From contig NW_027141363.1 in the NCBI RefSeq assembly GCF_036365525.1, positions 434,001-498,000 of the forward strand: a DNA stretch of 64,000 bases, written 5' to 3'. Numbering within the stretch: position 1 is the stretch's first letter; every line of letters begins with the position of its first letter. This document shows positions 52,114 to 63,208 of this stretch, piece after piece. A program made the position numbers and the translations under genes. The notes under the pieces were generated by a model that searched no databases, had not been told where the DNA came from, and was given only the letters and a program-made list of their open reading frames with translations. Source of the stretch: Heterodontus francisci. Taxonomy: Eukaryota.

Positions 52114-53399
52114 CTCTGGAGGGTGAAGGATCCGTGTGGTTTTATATGAAATAACTGAGCACTTTTATTGTAGAGTATCTCAAAGTTCTGGGAACTGACT
52201 GGAATTTACAGCTTCCGTCTCCATCATCTTCAACATTTTCATAGGCGGAGCCAAGCTTTCTTTCTTTGCTCCTGGGCTCCCCGAGGACTCGTCATTTCTG
52301 GGGAGGGACCAATGTTTGACCCTCAGTTCATCGGTTTCTGGGCCTGCAGTTCTGTTTCATGTCTTTGAAAGTTGCAGAAAGGAAGGGAGTAAATGTGATG
52401 TAAACTATCTTCTGTGGTGGAGAGGTGATTAACTGGGCGGGTGTGTTGGGATCATCAATACCTTCAGTACTCCCCTGATCATAACCACATTCATCCTGAC
52501 ACCATCCTCACACTCATCATTACCATCTGAGGACACATTATCACCCTCCTCCCGACCGCCAGCATCTGTGTCAGCCTCACCCTCAGCAGCCTCATAACCA
52601 TGAAAAGATGCTCACTCCACCATCATTATCAAGCTTGTTCACTTCCAATTGTATCTGAATGTATTCAGTGATGGGATGTGTGCATTGCTGGGAGGGTCAT
52701 TTCAGAAAAGCTGAGATGTTACAAGAGTAAATGTTCACTATCTTTCTTAAATATCCTTCAGGACTCGGTAACAATGGAAATGTTAAAGGTTAGACCAGGA
52801 GTGGGGTGACAAGTTAACTATTCCATAGATACACTTTACATGAAGTGGGAAGATCATGGATGGAATGGGAAACATTCCAATGTTTGTGGATTGAATGAGC
52901 AGTGGTGTGGTCCATCATCGCACCACTGACCTTCTGGATTGGGCTCTGGGACTTTTTCTAACCTTGTCTGTTCCAATGAGCCGCTTCTCCCAGATCTCCA
53001 CATCGCTGAAATCCCTCACGCCGGGTCACCTCCTTATAAATCTCCTTTGCACCCTCTCCATCCTCCCTACAATGTTATGTACAGAAGTGGACACGCTACA
53101 CCAGTTGAGGCCAAACCAGACTTTTTATAAAGGGTTTAGCATCAATTTGTTGCGTTTGTGTTGCATTCAAAATTGTGTGCAGTAATTCTGCTTAATCAGA
53201 GAAAATAATGTGAAATATGCATTTGAGTACACATTTTCGGTCGGTGGATTTGTTTTGACTTACCTGCAGTTTTATTTGGCACGAAAGTGTCAGCCTTTTT
53301 ATTGGCTCCAGTCTGTGTAGTGGCACCTTCCAACTCAGAGAGGAGAGTTGTACCAATTCAGAAAGCACGTTGAGTCTTGGGTACCTCACCTCCTGACTT

Positions 53400-53712
53400 C
53401 TTAAAGACTGTCCACCATCTACAAGGCAACCCCTCAAACTAATGCAGACTCTCTACAAGGTACAAGTCAAGAGGGTGATGGAATACTCTCCACTCGAGTG
53501 TGGCTCCAACAACACTCAAGAAGGTCGACACCACCCAGGACAAAACAGCCCGCTTGATTGGCACCCTATCCACAAACATTCACTCCCTCCACCACCGACA
53601 CACAGTGGCAGCAGTGTGGACTATATACAAGATGCACTGCATCAACTCCCAAAGGCTCCTTCGGAACACCTTCCAAACCCGCTACCGCTATCACCAAGAA
53701 GGACAAGGGCAA
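53400..53712 (+). mobile_element. Non-LTR retrotransposon 3' fragment (different family from the main CR1 copies)
   Basis: Residual LYKVQVKRVMEYSPL and APTTLKKVDTTQDKTARLIG resemble a LINE RT C-terminus. Confidence 0.65.
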
Positions 53713-54149
53713 CTTGGGATGGATAGCAAATGTTGGACTAGTCAGCGATGCTCACATCCCATTAAAGAATTTTTATAAATATTAAATGAATAGAAACTGC
53801 TTCTATAGGTAGAAGGCAACCAGGAGACATTGATTAAATGTAACTGGCAGATGAATTAGTGGGGGGAGGGGGGAGAAGTGATGATTTATTTAAGCAGCGA
53901 GTTGTTATGATGTGGTTAGCACAGTCTGAAAGGGTGTTGGAAGCACTTTGAACAAGAACGTTCAAAAGGGAATGGAATGTACACGTGAATGGAAACAATG
54001 TGCACGGCTATGGGAGAGTAGCAGGGGGGAAGAGCATTAACTGGACAGTTCTTTCAAATAAGCCAGTAGGGGGGAGATGGGCTGAATGGGCTCCTTATGT
54101 GCTGTTATCCAAGATGATTCCATGACCTGGTGGCAGAAAATGAACAGAG

Positions 54150-54376
54150 ATTCAATCTACTGCTGCCCCCTCCCAGTGGAAAATGAGCCACTGAGAGTCA
54201 GTCTACTTCTGCCCCCTGCCGGTGGAAGATGAGCACTGAGATTCAATCTACTGCTGCCCCCTGCTGGTGGAAGATGAGCCACTGAGATTCAATCTACTGC
54301 TGCCCCCTGCTGGTGGAAAATGAGCACTGAGTTCCAATCTACTACTGCCCCATGCCGTTGGAAGTTGAGCACTGAA
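54150..54376 (-). promoter_or_regulatory. 45-46 bp tandem repeat (5 units), each with a CTCF-like core, directly 3' of the V5 RSS
   Basis: Minus-strand CCAGCAGGGGGCAG at 54267-54254 and 54313-54300, CCGGCAGGGGGCAG at 54222-54209, plus two degenerate units. Confidence 0.65.
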
Positions 54377-54395
54377 CTCCCGTTCATCCACGACA

Positions 54396-54434
54396 GGTTT
54401 TTGCAGCTGCTGATCCGCTTTCTCAAACACTGTG
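54396..54434 (-). other. 23-RSS of V5
   Basis: CACAGTG, 23 bp spacer, GCAAAAACC. Confidence 0.94.
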
Positions 54435-55202
54435 CAATACTACAAGCGCAGAAATAGACAGCGGTGTGAGATGGAGCGGCGTCTCTCAGTGCCAAAGTAA
54501 ACAGTGTATCGCTGTCTCTGACTGCATTAAATGACTCGGACGTGTAATTGGGAACAGACCCTTCTGTTAACAAATAGAACAGAGCTTCCAGTGCCCTGTC
54601 TGGCTGTTGTCTGTACCAGTACATATGGGGTTAGCCAGTATTGGTCAGCGTGCATCTGAGTGTTGTCGACTCCCCTGCTGCAATCGATAGGATAGAGGGC
54701 GACTGTTCCACATAGGAGGAGAGTATTCCTGAGGAATGGAACATCGATGAGATTAATATTTGAGTCAATAATGGATTGGAGCAGGAGCTGCATTGCAAGA
54801 AAGAAAGGGCTTACATTAATATAGAGCCGGTCAGGACCTCAGGACATCAGAAACGGCTTTGCAACCAATGTAGGTACCCCCTTAGTACTGCCTCTGCGAC
54901 AGTGCAGCACTCCCTCAGTACTGCTTCGTCGACAGAGCAGCACTTCCTCAATAGTGCATCTGCGACAGTGCAGCACTCCCTCTGTACTGTCTCTGCGACG
55001 GTCCAGCACTCCCTCGGTCCTGACACCTGGGTTGTCAGCCTTGACTTTAAGCTCAAGTGTTCTGGAGTGAGACTCTGACACAGGAGTGTTCCGGACAGAA
55101 TCACCGCTGACATTACAATACATCATTCTACACAGTTTCTGACTTTGACTTACGTGGGAAGAATGCAGCCATCACGATTAGACAGAGAACCTCATGCAAC
55201 AT
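54435..55202 (-). pseudogene. TRBV: TCR V segment V5, in-frame stop in CDR1; leader 55202-55154, V exon 54728-54435
   Basis: Leader MLHEVLCLIVMAAFFP. V exon SYVEQSP...LRCTLTNTG*PHMYWYRQ...YFCACSI. TAA at 54633-54631 where paralog V6 has TAT. Confidence 0.9.
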
Positions 55203-56577
55203 GATTTCTTCATTCGATACTAACTCGATGTGTGAACGTGTGGAGTTTTCAACAACACACTTGCAGGCGGTTTCTATATTGTATCCAATTAAATACCCAG
55301 CATCCGGTTGTCATTGTTATTGGCAGTCACTTACTGCGACACTCTGCTCCACCCCATTACTTTGTATAGCAATGTTGTAGAATGATACAACACAGGAGGA
55401 TAGGGGGAGATTGAATAGAGGTGTTCACATTTCAGAAAGGGCTTTGATAGAGTAGAATTCAGGGATACAACCCTCTATACCCATAGAGTGTGCCCATCCC
55501 TTATTGCCCCTGAGAAGGTGATGGTGAATCATCTTCGGGAATACCTGCTGGGCCATATCAGAGGGCAGTTAACAGTCAACCACATTGCTGTGGGTCTGCA
55601 GTCACATATAGGCCAGACCAGGTAGGAATGGCGGATTTCCTTCCCTGAAGGTAATCAATGAAGACGTTGGGTTTTTACGACACTCCATGTTCAGGATTAC
55701 TCATACTTTCCATTCTAGATTTTTATTTATTTAATTAATTGAATTTAAATTGCATTTCTGCCCCGGTGGGAATTGAACTCAAGTCTGGGGATCATTAGTC
55801 CATGCCTCTGGATTACTAGCCCAGTAACATAACTGCTCTGCTGCCGAACCTCCATGGTGAATGGGAGTTAAAGGGTTAAATTGTTCACTGGTCTGAACTG
55901 CTAGTTTCTTTGAAGAACACATCAAATGTGACTCGAGTCTAAGATGAAAGTGGGTAAAGAGTTTTCAGCAGCTTCTGAACTCGCTTTCAGGAGGCAGGTG
56001 TCCCAGAGATGAAGGTATCTGGAGAGGGGTCTCACTTTGAACAGTGTGAAACAGCGCTCAGATGGTTAATGGTTCTGCGCTGAGTTAGTTCCTGTGCATT
56101 GGGGTGTTGTTCGCCTCTGTTTAGTGAAGGTTAGAGGGAGATTAACCAGACTGGTATCAGGGATGAGGGACTTCAGTTACTGTGGAGAGACTGGAGAAGC
56201 TGGGGGTTTCTGCCCTTAGAGCAGAGAAGGTTAATGGTAGATGTGATACAGATATTGAAGATCATAGAGGATTTTGATAGATAATTGATGACAAACCACA
56301 TCATCTACTGGTCAATATATAGAAAATCAATGAAAAGATGGTCATTCATTACATTACTGCAGTATGTTTAATTAGTTCATACAAACTGTAATTACCTAAA
56401 TATAGATTTAGATAGATAGAGAGACAGAGAGATAGATAACCAGGTAAAGAGATAGATAGATAGATAGACAGAGAGATAAACAATCAGGTGGACAGATAGA
56501 TATGAACAATAAGCTTCAATCTACTGCTGCCCCCTGCCAGTTGAAGATGAGCACTGAACTCCCGTTCATCCGCTGCA

Positions 56578-56616
56578 GGTTTTTGCAGCTGCGGATCCGC
56601 TTTCTCAAACACTGTG
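56578..56616 (-). other. 23-RSS of V6
   Basis: CACAGTG, 23 bp spacer, GCAAAAACC. Confidence 0.94.
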
Positions 56617-57451
56617 TGATACTACAAGCGCAGAAATAGACAGCGGTGTGAGATGGAGCGGCGTCTTTCAGTGCCAAAGTAAACAGTGTATTGCTGGCTC
56701 TGACTGCCTTAAATGACTCGGATGTGTAATTGGTGACAGACCCTGTTCCAGCAGAATAGAACAGAGCTTCCAGTGCCCTGTCTGGTTGTTGTCTGTACCA
56801 GTACATATAGGAATAGGCAGTATTGGTCAGCGTGCATCTGAGTGTTGTCGACTCTCCTGCTGCAATCGATAGGATCGAGGGTGACTGTTCCACATAGGAG
56901 GAGAGTATTCCTGTGGGACGGAACATCGATTAGATTATTATTTCAGTCAATAATGGATTGGAGCAGGGGCTGCATTACAAGAAAGAGAGGGCTTACATTA
57001 ATATATCGCCGTTCAGGACCTCAGGGCATCAGAAAGGGCCTTGCAACCAATGTAGTTACTCCCTCAGTACTGCCTCTGCGACAGTGCGGCACTCCCTCAG
57101 TACTGCCTCTGCAACAGTGCAGCACTCCCTCAGTACTGCCTCTGTGACAGTGCTGCACTCCCTCAGTACTGCCTCTGCGACAGTGCAGCACTCCCTCAGT
57201 ACTGCCTCTGCGACAGTGCAGCACACCTTCAGTACTGCCTCTGTGACAGTCCAGCACTTCCACAGCCCTGACACCTGGGGTGTTAGTTTTGACTTTGAGC
57301 TCAAGTGTTCTGGAGTGAGACTCTGACACAGCAGTGTTATGGAACAGAATCACCGCTGACTTTACAATACATTATTCGACACAGTTTCTGACTTTGACTT
57401 ACGTGGGAAGAGTGCAGCCATCAAGATTAGACAGAGAACTTTATGCAACAT
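56617..57451 (-). CDS. TRBV: TCR V segment V6; leader 57451-57403, V exon 56910-56617; apparently functional
   Basis: Leader MLHKVLCLILMAALFP with GTAAGT donor. V exon SYVEQSP...LRC...MYWYRQ...HTAVYFCACSI. Tandem duplicate of V5. Confidence 0.9.
57058..57262. repeat. 33 bp tandem repeat (cactccctcagtactgcctctgcgacagtgcag) in the V6 leader intron; shorter version at about 54875-55018 in V5
   Basis: About 6 units versus about 4 units. Adjacent ctcaagtgttctggagtgagact resembles a Deu-type SINE head in reverse. Confidence 0.85.
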
Positions 57452-60359
57452 GATTTCTTCATTCGATACTAACTCGATGTGTGAACGTGTGGAGTTTTCA
57501 ACAACACACTTGCAGGCGGTTTCTACATTGTATCCAATTAAATACCCAGCATCCGGTTGTCATTGTGATTGGCAGTCACTCACTGCGACACTCTGCTCCA
57601 CCCCATTACATTGGTTAGCAATGTTGTAGAATGATACAACACAGGAGGATAGGGGGAGATTGAATGGAGATGTTCACATGTCAGAAAGCGCTTTGATAGA
57701 GTAGAATTCAGGGAAACAACCCTCTATACCCAGAGAGTGTGCCCATCCCTTATTGCCTCTGAGAAGGTGGTAGTGAACCATCTTCGGGAATACCTGCTAG
57801 GCCATATCAGAGGGCAGTTAGTAGTCAAACACATTGCTGTGGGTCTGCAATCAGATATCGGCCAGACCAGGTAAGAATGGCAGATTTCCTTCCCTGAAGG
57901 TAATCAATGAAGACGTTGGGTTTTTACGACACTCCATGTTCATGATTACTCATAGTGTCTCTGATAGATTTTTATTTATTTAATTAATTGAATTTAAATT
58001 GCATTTCTGCCCCAGTGGGAATTGAACTCAAGTCTGGAGATCATTAGTCCATGCCTCTGGATTTCGAGTCCAGTAACATAACTGCTCTGCTGCCGAACCA
58101 GCGTGGTGAATGGGAGTTAAAGGGTTAAATTGTTCACTGGTCTGAACTGCTAATTTCTTTGAAAAACACATCAAATGTGACTCGAGTATAAGATGAAAGT
58201 GGCTAAACAGGTTTCAGCAGCTTCTGAACTCGCTGTCAGGAGGCAGGTGTCCCAGAGATGAAGGTATCTGGAGAGGGGTCTCACCTTTGAACAGTTTGAA
58301 ACAGCGCTCAGATGGTTAATGGTTCTGAGCTGAGTTAGTTCCTGTGAATTGGGGAGTTGTTCGCCTCTGTGTAGTGAAGGTTAGAAAGAGATTAACCATC
58401 TGTTACCAGGGATGAGGGACTTCAGTTACTGTGGGGAGACTGGAGAAGCTGGGGGTTTCTCTCCTTCGAGCAGCGAAGGTTAATGGTGGATGTGATACAG
58501 ATATTGAAGATCAGAGAGGATTTTGATACGTAATTGATGACAAACCACATCATCTACTGGTCAATGTATAGAAAATCTATGAAAAGATGGTCATTCATTA
58601 CATTACTGCAGTATGTTTAATTAGTTCATTCAAACTGTAATCACCGAAAGATAGAGTTTGATACATACAGAGACAGAGAGCTAGATAATCAGGTAGAGAG
58701 ATAGATAGATAGAGAGTCAGTCAGGTTGACAGATAGATATAGAGAGAGGTAGAGATATAGAGAGATCGAGGGAAAGTCATGTAGGTAGAAACATAACGAG
58801 CGAGATAGAGAGACAGTCACTGCCCCTGTAAAAGACAGGGATGTTAATTGGCATTCTCTCATTTTACACCAGCTTGGTAGCGAGAGTGAGAGAGTGGGAT
58901 GGAGAGAGAGGGAGAGAGCATGATGGAGAGAGAGGCAGAGATGGATGGCGAGAGAGGGAGAGAGAGGAATGGAGATAGGAAGAGAGAGGGATGGAGAGGA
59001 GCAGAGAGAGGGATGGAGAGTGTAGGAGAGAGAGGGATGGAGAGAGATGGAGAGAGAGTGATGGAGAGAGGGTGAGAGAAGGATGGGGAGAGAGAGGGAG
59101 AGAGAGGGATGGAGACAGGAAGAGAGAGGATGGAGAGTGGGAGCGAGAGGGTTGGAGAGAGAGGGAGAGAGAGGGATGGAGAAAGACAGGGATGGAGAGA
59201 GGGAGAGAGAGGGTTGGAGAGAGAGAGCGATGGGAAGTTATCGATCAGTCATGATCTCAGTGAAATAAAGGATTACTGACCCGAAAGAAGGGTCACTGAC
59301 CCGAAGCGTTAACTCTGCTTCTCTTTCCACAGATGCTGCCAGACCCGCTGAGTGGTTCCAGGATTTCTTGTCTTTATTTCATGATCTCAGTGAAGGTCGG
59401 AATGTTTTCGAGGTGATGAATGAACTCCTTGTGTTCCCAGGTCACTGTTAAAGTGTGTTCCAGACTCTGATGTTTATCATGGTCCAACAGCGCACTCTAC
59501 TGTCCCTTTGGAGAAAGAAAACGCAGTGACATAAAACCACACCTTCAATATCCATTCATCAATCCATCCATCTCTCTCTATCTTTCTCCCTCTCTCTATC
59601 TCTCTCTCTACTTCTCTTTATCTCTCTCTGACTGTCTCTGTCTCTCTCTCTCCCTCTCTCTATCCGTGTCTCTCTTTCTCCCTCTCTCTATCTATCTCTC
59701 TATCTATCAATCTCTCTATGTCTCTCTCTATCTATCTATCTATCCATCTCAATTTATTTCCCTATCTCTCTCTATCCGTCTCTCTTTCTCTCTCTTTATC
59801 TCTCTCTCTATCTATCTCNNNNNNNNNNNNNNNNNNNNNNNNNNNNNNNNNNNNNNNNNNNNNNNNNNNNNNNNNNNNNNNNNNNNNNNNNNNNNNNNNN
59901 NNNNNNNNNNNNNNNNNNNNNNNNNNNNNNNNNNNNNNNNNNNNNNNNNNNNNNNNNNNNNNNNNNNNNNNNNNNNNNNNNNNNNNNNNNNNNNNNNNNN
60001 NNNNNNNNNNNNNNNNNNNNNNNNNNNNNNTCTCTGTCTCTCTCGCTGTTGTTTCTGATCTTCACTTCACATATTAAAATCTTTAACAATCTCTCTCAGA
60101 CCGCTGAAGGTTTCCCCTTCAGTCTTCCCTTTTCTGGAGCAAAGAGACCCCGATATTCAAACTATCATGTTCGCTTTAAACTCTGTGTTCCCGTAAAGTC
60201 CAGTTCGCAATTCCCCGGTGCTTCGAAATCTAACCTGTCACTTTCTCTTTAAATCCGCGCTGACTTCTTGTGAAGAACATGTACCCAATGATGAAATCAC
60301 CCTACAGGATGCAGCACCGCCTGGTTTTATCTGAAACAGGTGTTTCCTGCTGCCTTTGG

Positions 60360-60398
60360 GGTTTTTGTTGAACTGCTCCATCTCTCTGGGTCACTGTG
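60360..60398 (-). other. 23-RSS of V7
   Basis: CACAGTG, 23 bp spacer, ACAAAAACC. Confidence 0.97.
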
Positions 60399-60873
60399 AT
60401 GTCTCCAGGCACAGAAATACACGGCCGAGTGATTCTCCCACAGGCTGGAGGACTCCAGGTGGAACTCGGAGTTACTCGGTCTCTCGGCGGTGAAACCCTC
60501 CACCGTCCCCTCTGAGTTCACACTTTGTACACTTCGGGAGCAAAACATCAGCTGCGGCTCCTTCCCCGGGTATTGTCTGTACCAAAACATGTCAGGGTTA
60601 CTTGTGCCCTGCACGGTGCATTTCAGCTTCACCTGCTCCCCAGAAAATTTGGAGACAGCGGCGGGAGTCTGGTGCATAGTCTGTGAGTTCACATCTGGGA
60701 AAGAGACAGGGAGAGGAGGAGATCAATAAACAGGGACATTCAGTCCAGTGGGGAGAAAGAGGAGAGAGAGAAAATCAAAGAAAAATAAAACGAAAGAAAT
60801 GTTAAGTAGAATTATTGTTTTAATAAAATGCCTTACGGTGAAACAGGGTGATCAGAGTCAGTAACAGATACAT
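60399..60873 (-). CDS. TRBV: TCR beta-type V segment V7 (TRBV30-like); leader 60873-60837, V exon 60694-60399
   Basis: Leader MYLLLTLITLFH with GTAAGG donor. V exon SQTMHQTP...LKCTVQGTSNPDMFWYRQ...YFCAWRH. Consensus RSS. Confidence 0.92.
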
Positions 60874-63169
60874 CTTTTACTTTAAGCTGCCCTCTGAATC
60901 AGCAAAGGGGAGAGAGCAGGAGTGATGAGTGTTGTTAATAACCAACCCACTCTTTACAAATCATTGGGAGGAAAAGGAAGAGCATTAGGAAGTGATGCAC
61001 AGATGGTGACGCCCAGGTAAACAAGTCAGAGTGGAGTAGTTTGTCAATGTCTCTCTCTATCGATCTCAATCCGCCTTCCTCTCTCTTTCTTAATCATTGT
61101 TCCTCACTCTCTCTCTCTGCATGTATCGAGCTTTATGTCTCCCACTCTTTCAATCTCTTTCTCTCTCTGTATCTGTGTGTGTGTGTGTGTGTGTGTGTAT
61201 TTCTCTCTCTGTCTCCCTCTGTCCCGTTCTTTTACGTTGAGTTTTTCCTCTCTATGTCTCCCTGATTCACCCTCTCTGTCTCTGTGTTTCATGGGCGGAT
61301 GTATTGATAACCAGAGGGCACTTACTGAAGGTAATTGGCAAAAGATCCAAAGGTGAACTGAGGAAACGTTTTGACACAGTGAGTGGTGAGGATCTGGAAT
61401 GCACTACCTGAGAGTGCGGGGGAGGCAGGTTCAATCGTGGCTTTCAAAAGGAAATTTGGATAATTATCTGAAGGGAAAATGTGCAGTGTTATTTAGAAAG
61501 GGCAGGGGGAGTGGGACCAGCTGCAGAGACCAAATACAGCACCAAGGTGACAGCATTGTGGAACATCCTGCATTCAGGCTGCAAGAGTGACCCTGAGATT
61601 CTGGTTAGTGGACACTTTTAATTCCCATTCCCACTCCCACCCTGACCTCTCTGTCCTCGACCTCCTTCTCTGCTCCAGTGAAGCTCAACAGAAACTCGAA
61701 GAACAGCCCCTCATCTTTCAATCGGACACTTTACAGCTTTCTGGACTCAACAGCTAGTTTAACAATTTCTGATCATAACCACTGCTCCGGTTTATTTGGA
61801 CAGAGGCTTGTTGGTAATGATTGTGTTTCTGCCAGTTCTGCCTCTTCTGGACCCATCTTTTGTTCTTTACTTGACCCATTAACTTCCCCTTTGTCTTGCA
61901 CCAGCCTCAGTTTTGTTATTCAATCTATTTTGCATTTCTCCCATTCCCCCTCTCTCTGACTTTGTGCTGCTTAAAAGTTAATAGATCTCTAAATCCTTCC
62001 AGTTCTGTTGAAAGATCTACGACCTGATATGCTAATGTTTTTTTCTCCCTCCACAGAGGCTGTCTGATCTGATTAACATTTCCATCCTTATTTATTTATA
62101 ACCCAGAAAGGCAACGAGCACCAATATAGTGACAGAGCACCCAGAACCGAAACCATCCAGCATCTGCGGTACCTTGTGTTCAGTTCACCAGACTGTAACA
62201 GGGATGTAGTTATTTAATTATCAGGAGATGTTCATGGACAAGTTTCAAAGTCCCTATTGAAACATCATCAATAATCTGATACTTATCACGGTCCTACACC
62301 GCCCTCTGCTGTCCCTGTGGAGAAAGGCAACACTGTCAGTGAATAAAACACAACAGTGTCTGTATATCTATTTACCTATCTATCNNNNNNNNNNNNNNNN
62401 NNNNNNNNNNNNNNNNNNNNNNNNNNNNNNNNNNNNNNNNNNNNNNNNNNNNNNNNNNNNNNNNNNNNNNNNNNNNNNNNNNNNNNNNNNNNNNNNNNNN
62501 NNNNNNNNNNNNNNNNNNNNNNNNNNNNNNNNNNNNNNNNNNNNNNNNNNNNNNNNNNNNNNNNNNNNNNNNNNNNNNNNNNNNNNNNNNNNNNNNNNNN
62601 NNNNNNNNNNNNNNNNNNNNNNNNNNNNNNNCTACCTATCTATCTNNNNNNNNNNNNNNNNNNNNNNNNNNNNNNNNNNNNNNNNNNNNNNNNNNNNNNN
62701 NNNNNNNNNNNNNNNNNNNNNNNNNNNNNNNNNNNNNNNNNNNNNNNNNNNNNNNNNNNNNNNNNNNNNNNNNNNNNNNNNNNNNNNNNNNNNNNNNNNN
62801 NNNNNNNNNNNNNNNNNNNNNNNNNNNNNNNNNNNNNNNNNNNNNNNNNNNNNNNNNNNNNNNNNNNNNNNNNNNNNNNNNNNNNNNNNNNNCATTAAAC
62901 CCTTTCAGAATCTCTCTAAGAACACTAAAGGTTTATCCTTCAGTCTTCTCTTTTCTGGTTCAGACTTCTTTGATCGCTATAACTTCTCAGTATCGGTTTC
63001 ATTCCTCGAAATTCTATCTCGCAATTTTCCACTGTCTCTAAATCTAATCTCGTTCTATTTAAATCCGCCCTGTCTTCTTGTGAAAAACATGTTCCCAATG
63101 ACAAAAACACCCAGCAGGATGCAGCACCGTCTGGGTTTATCTGAAACAGGTGTTTCCTGTTGCCTTTGG

Positions 63170-63208
63170 GGTTTTTGTTGAACTGCTCCATCTCTCTGAG
63201 TCACTGTT
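63170..63208 (-). other. 23-RSS of V8 with defective heptamer
   Basis: AACAGTG (first C changed to A at 63208), 23 bp spacer, ACAAAAACC. Confidence 0.9.
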
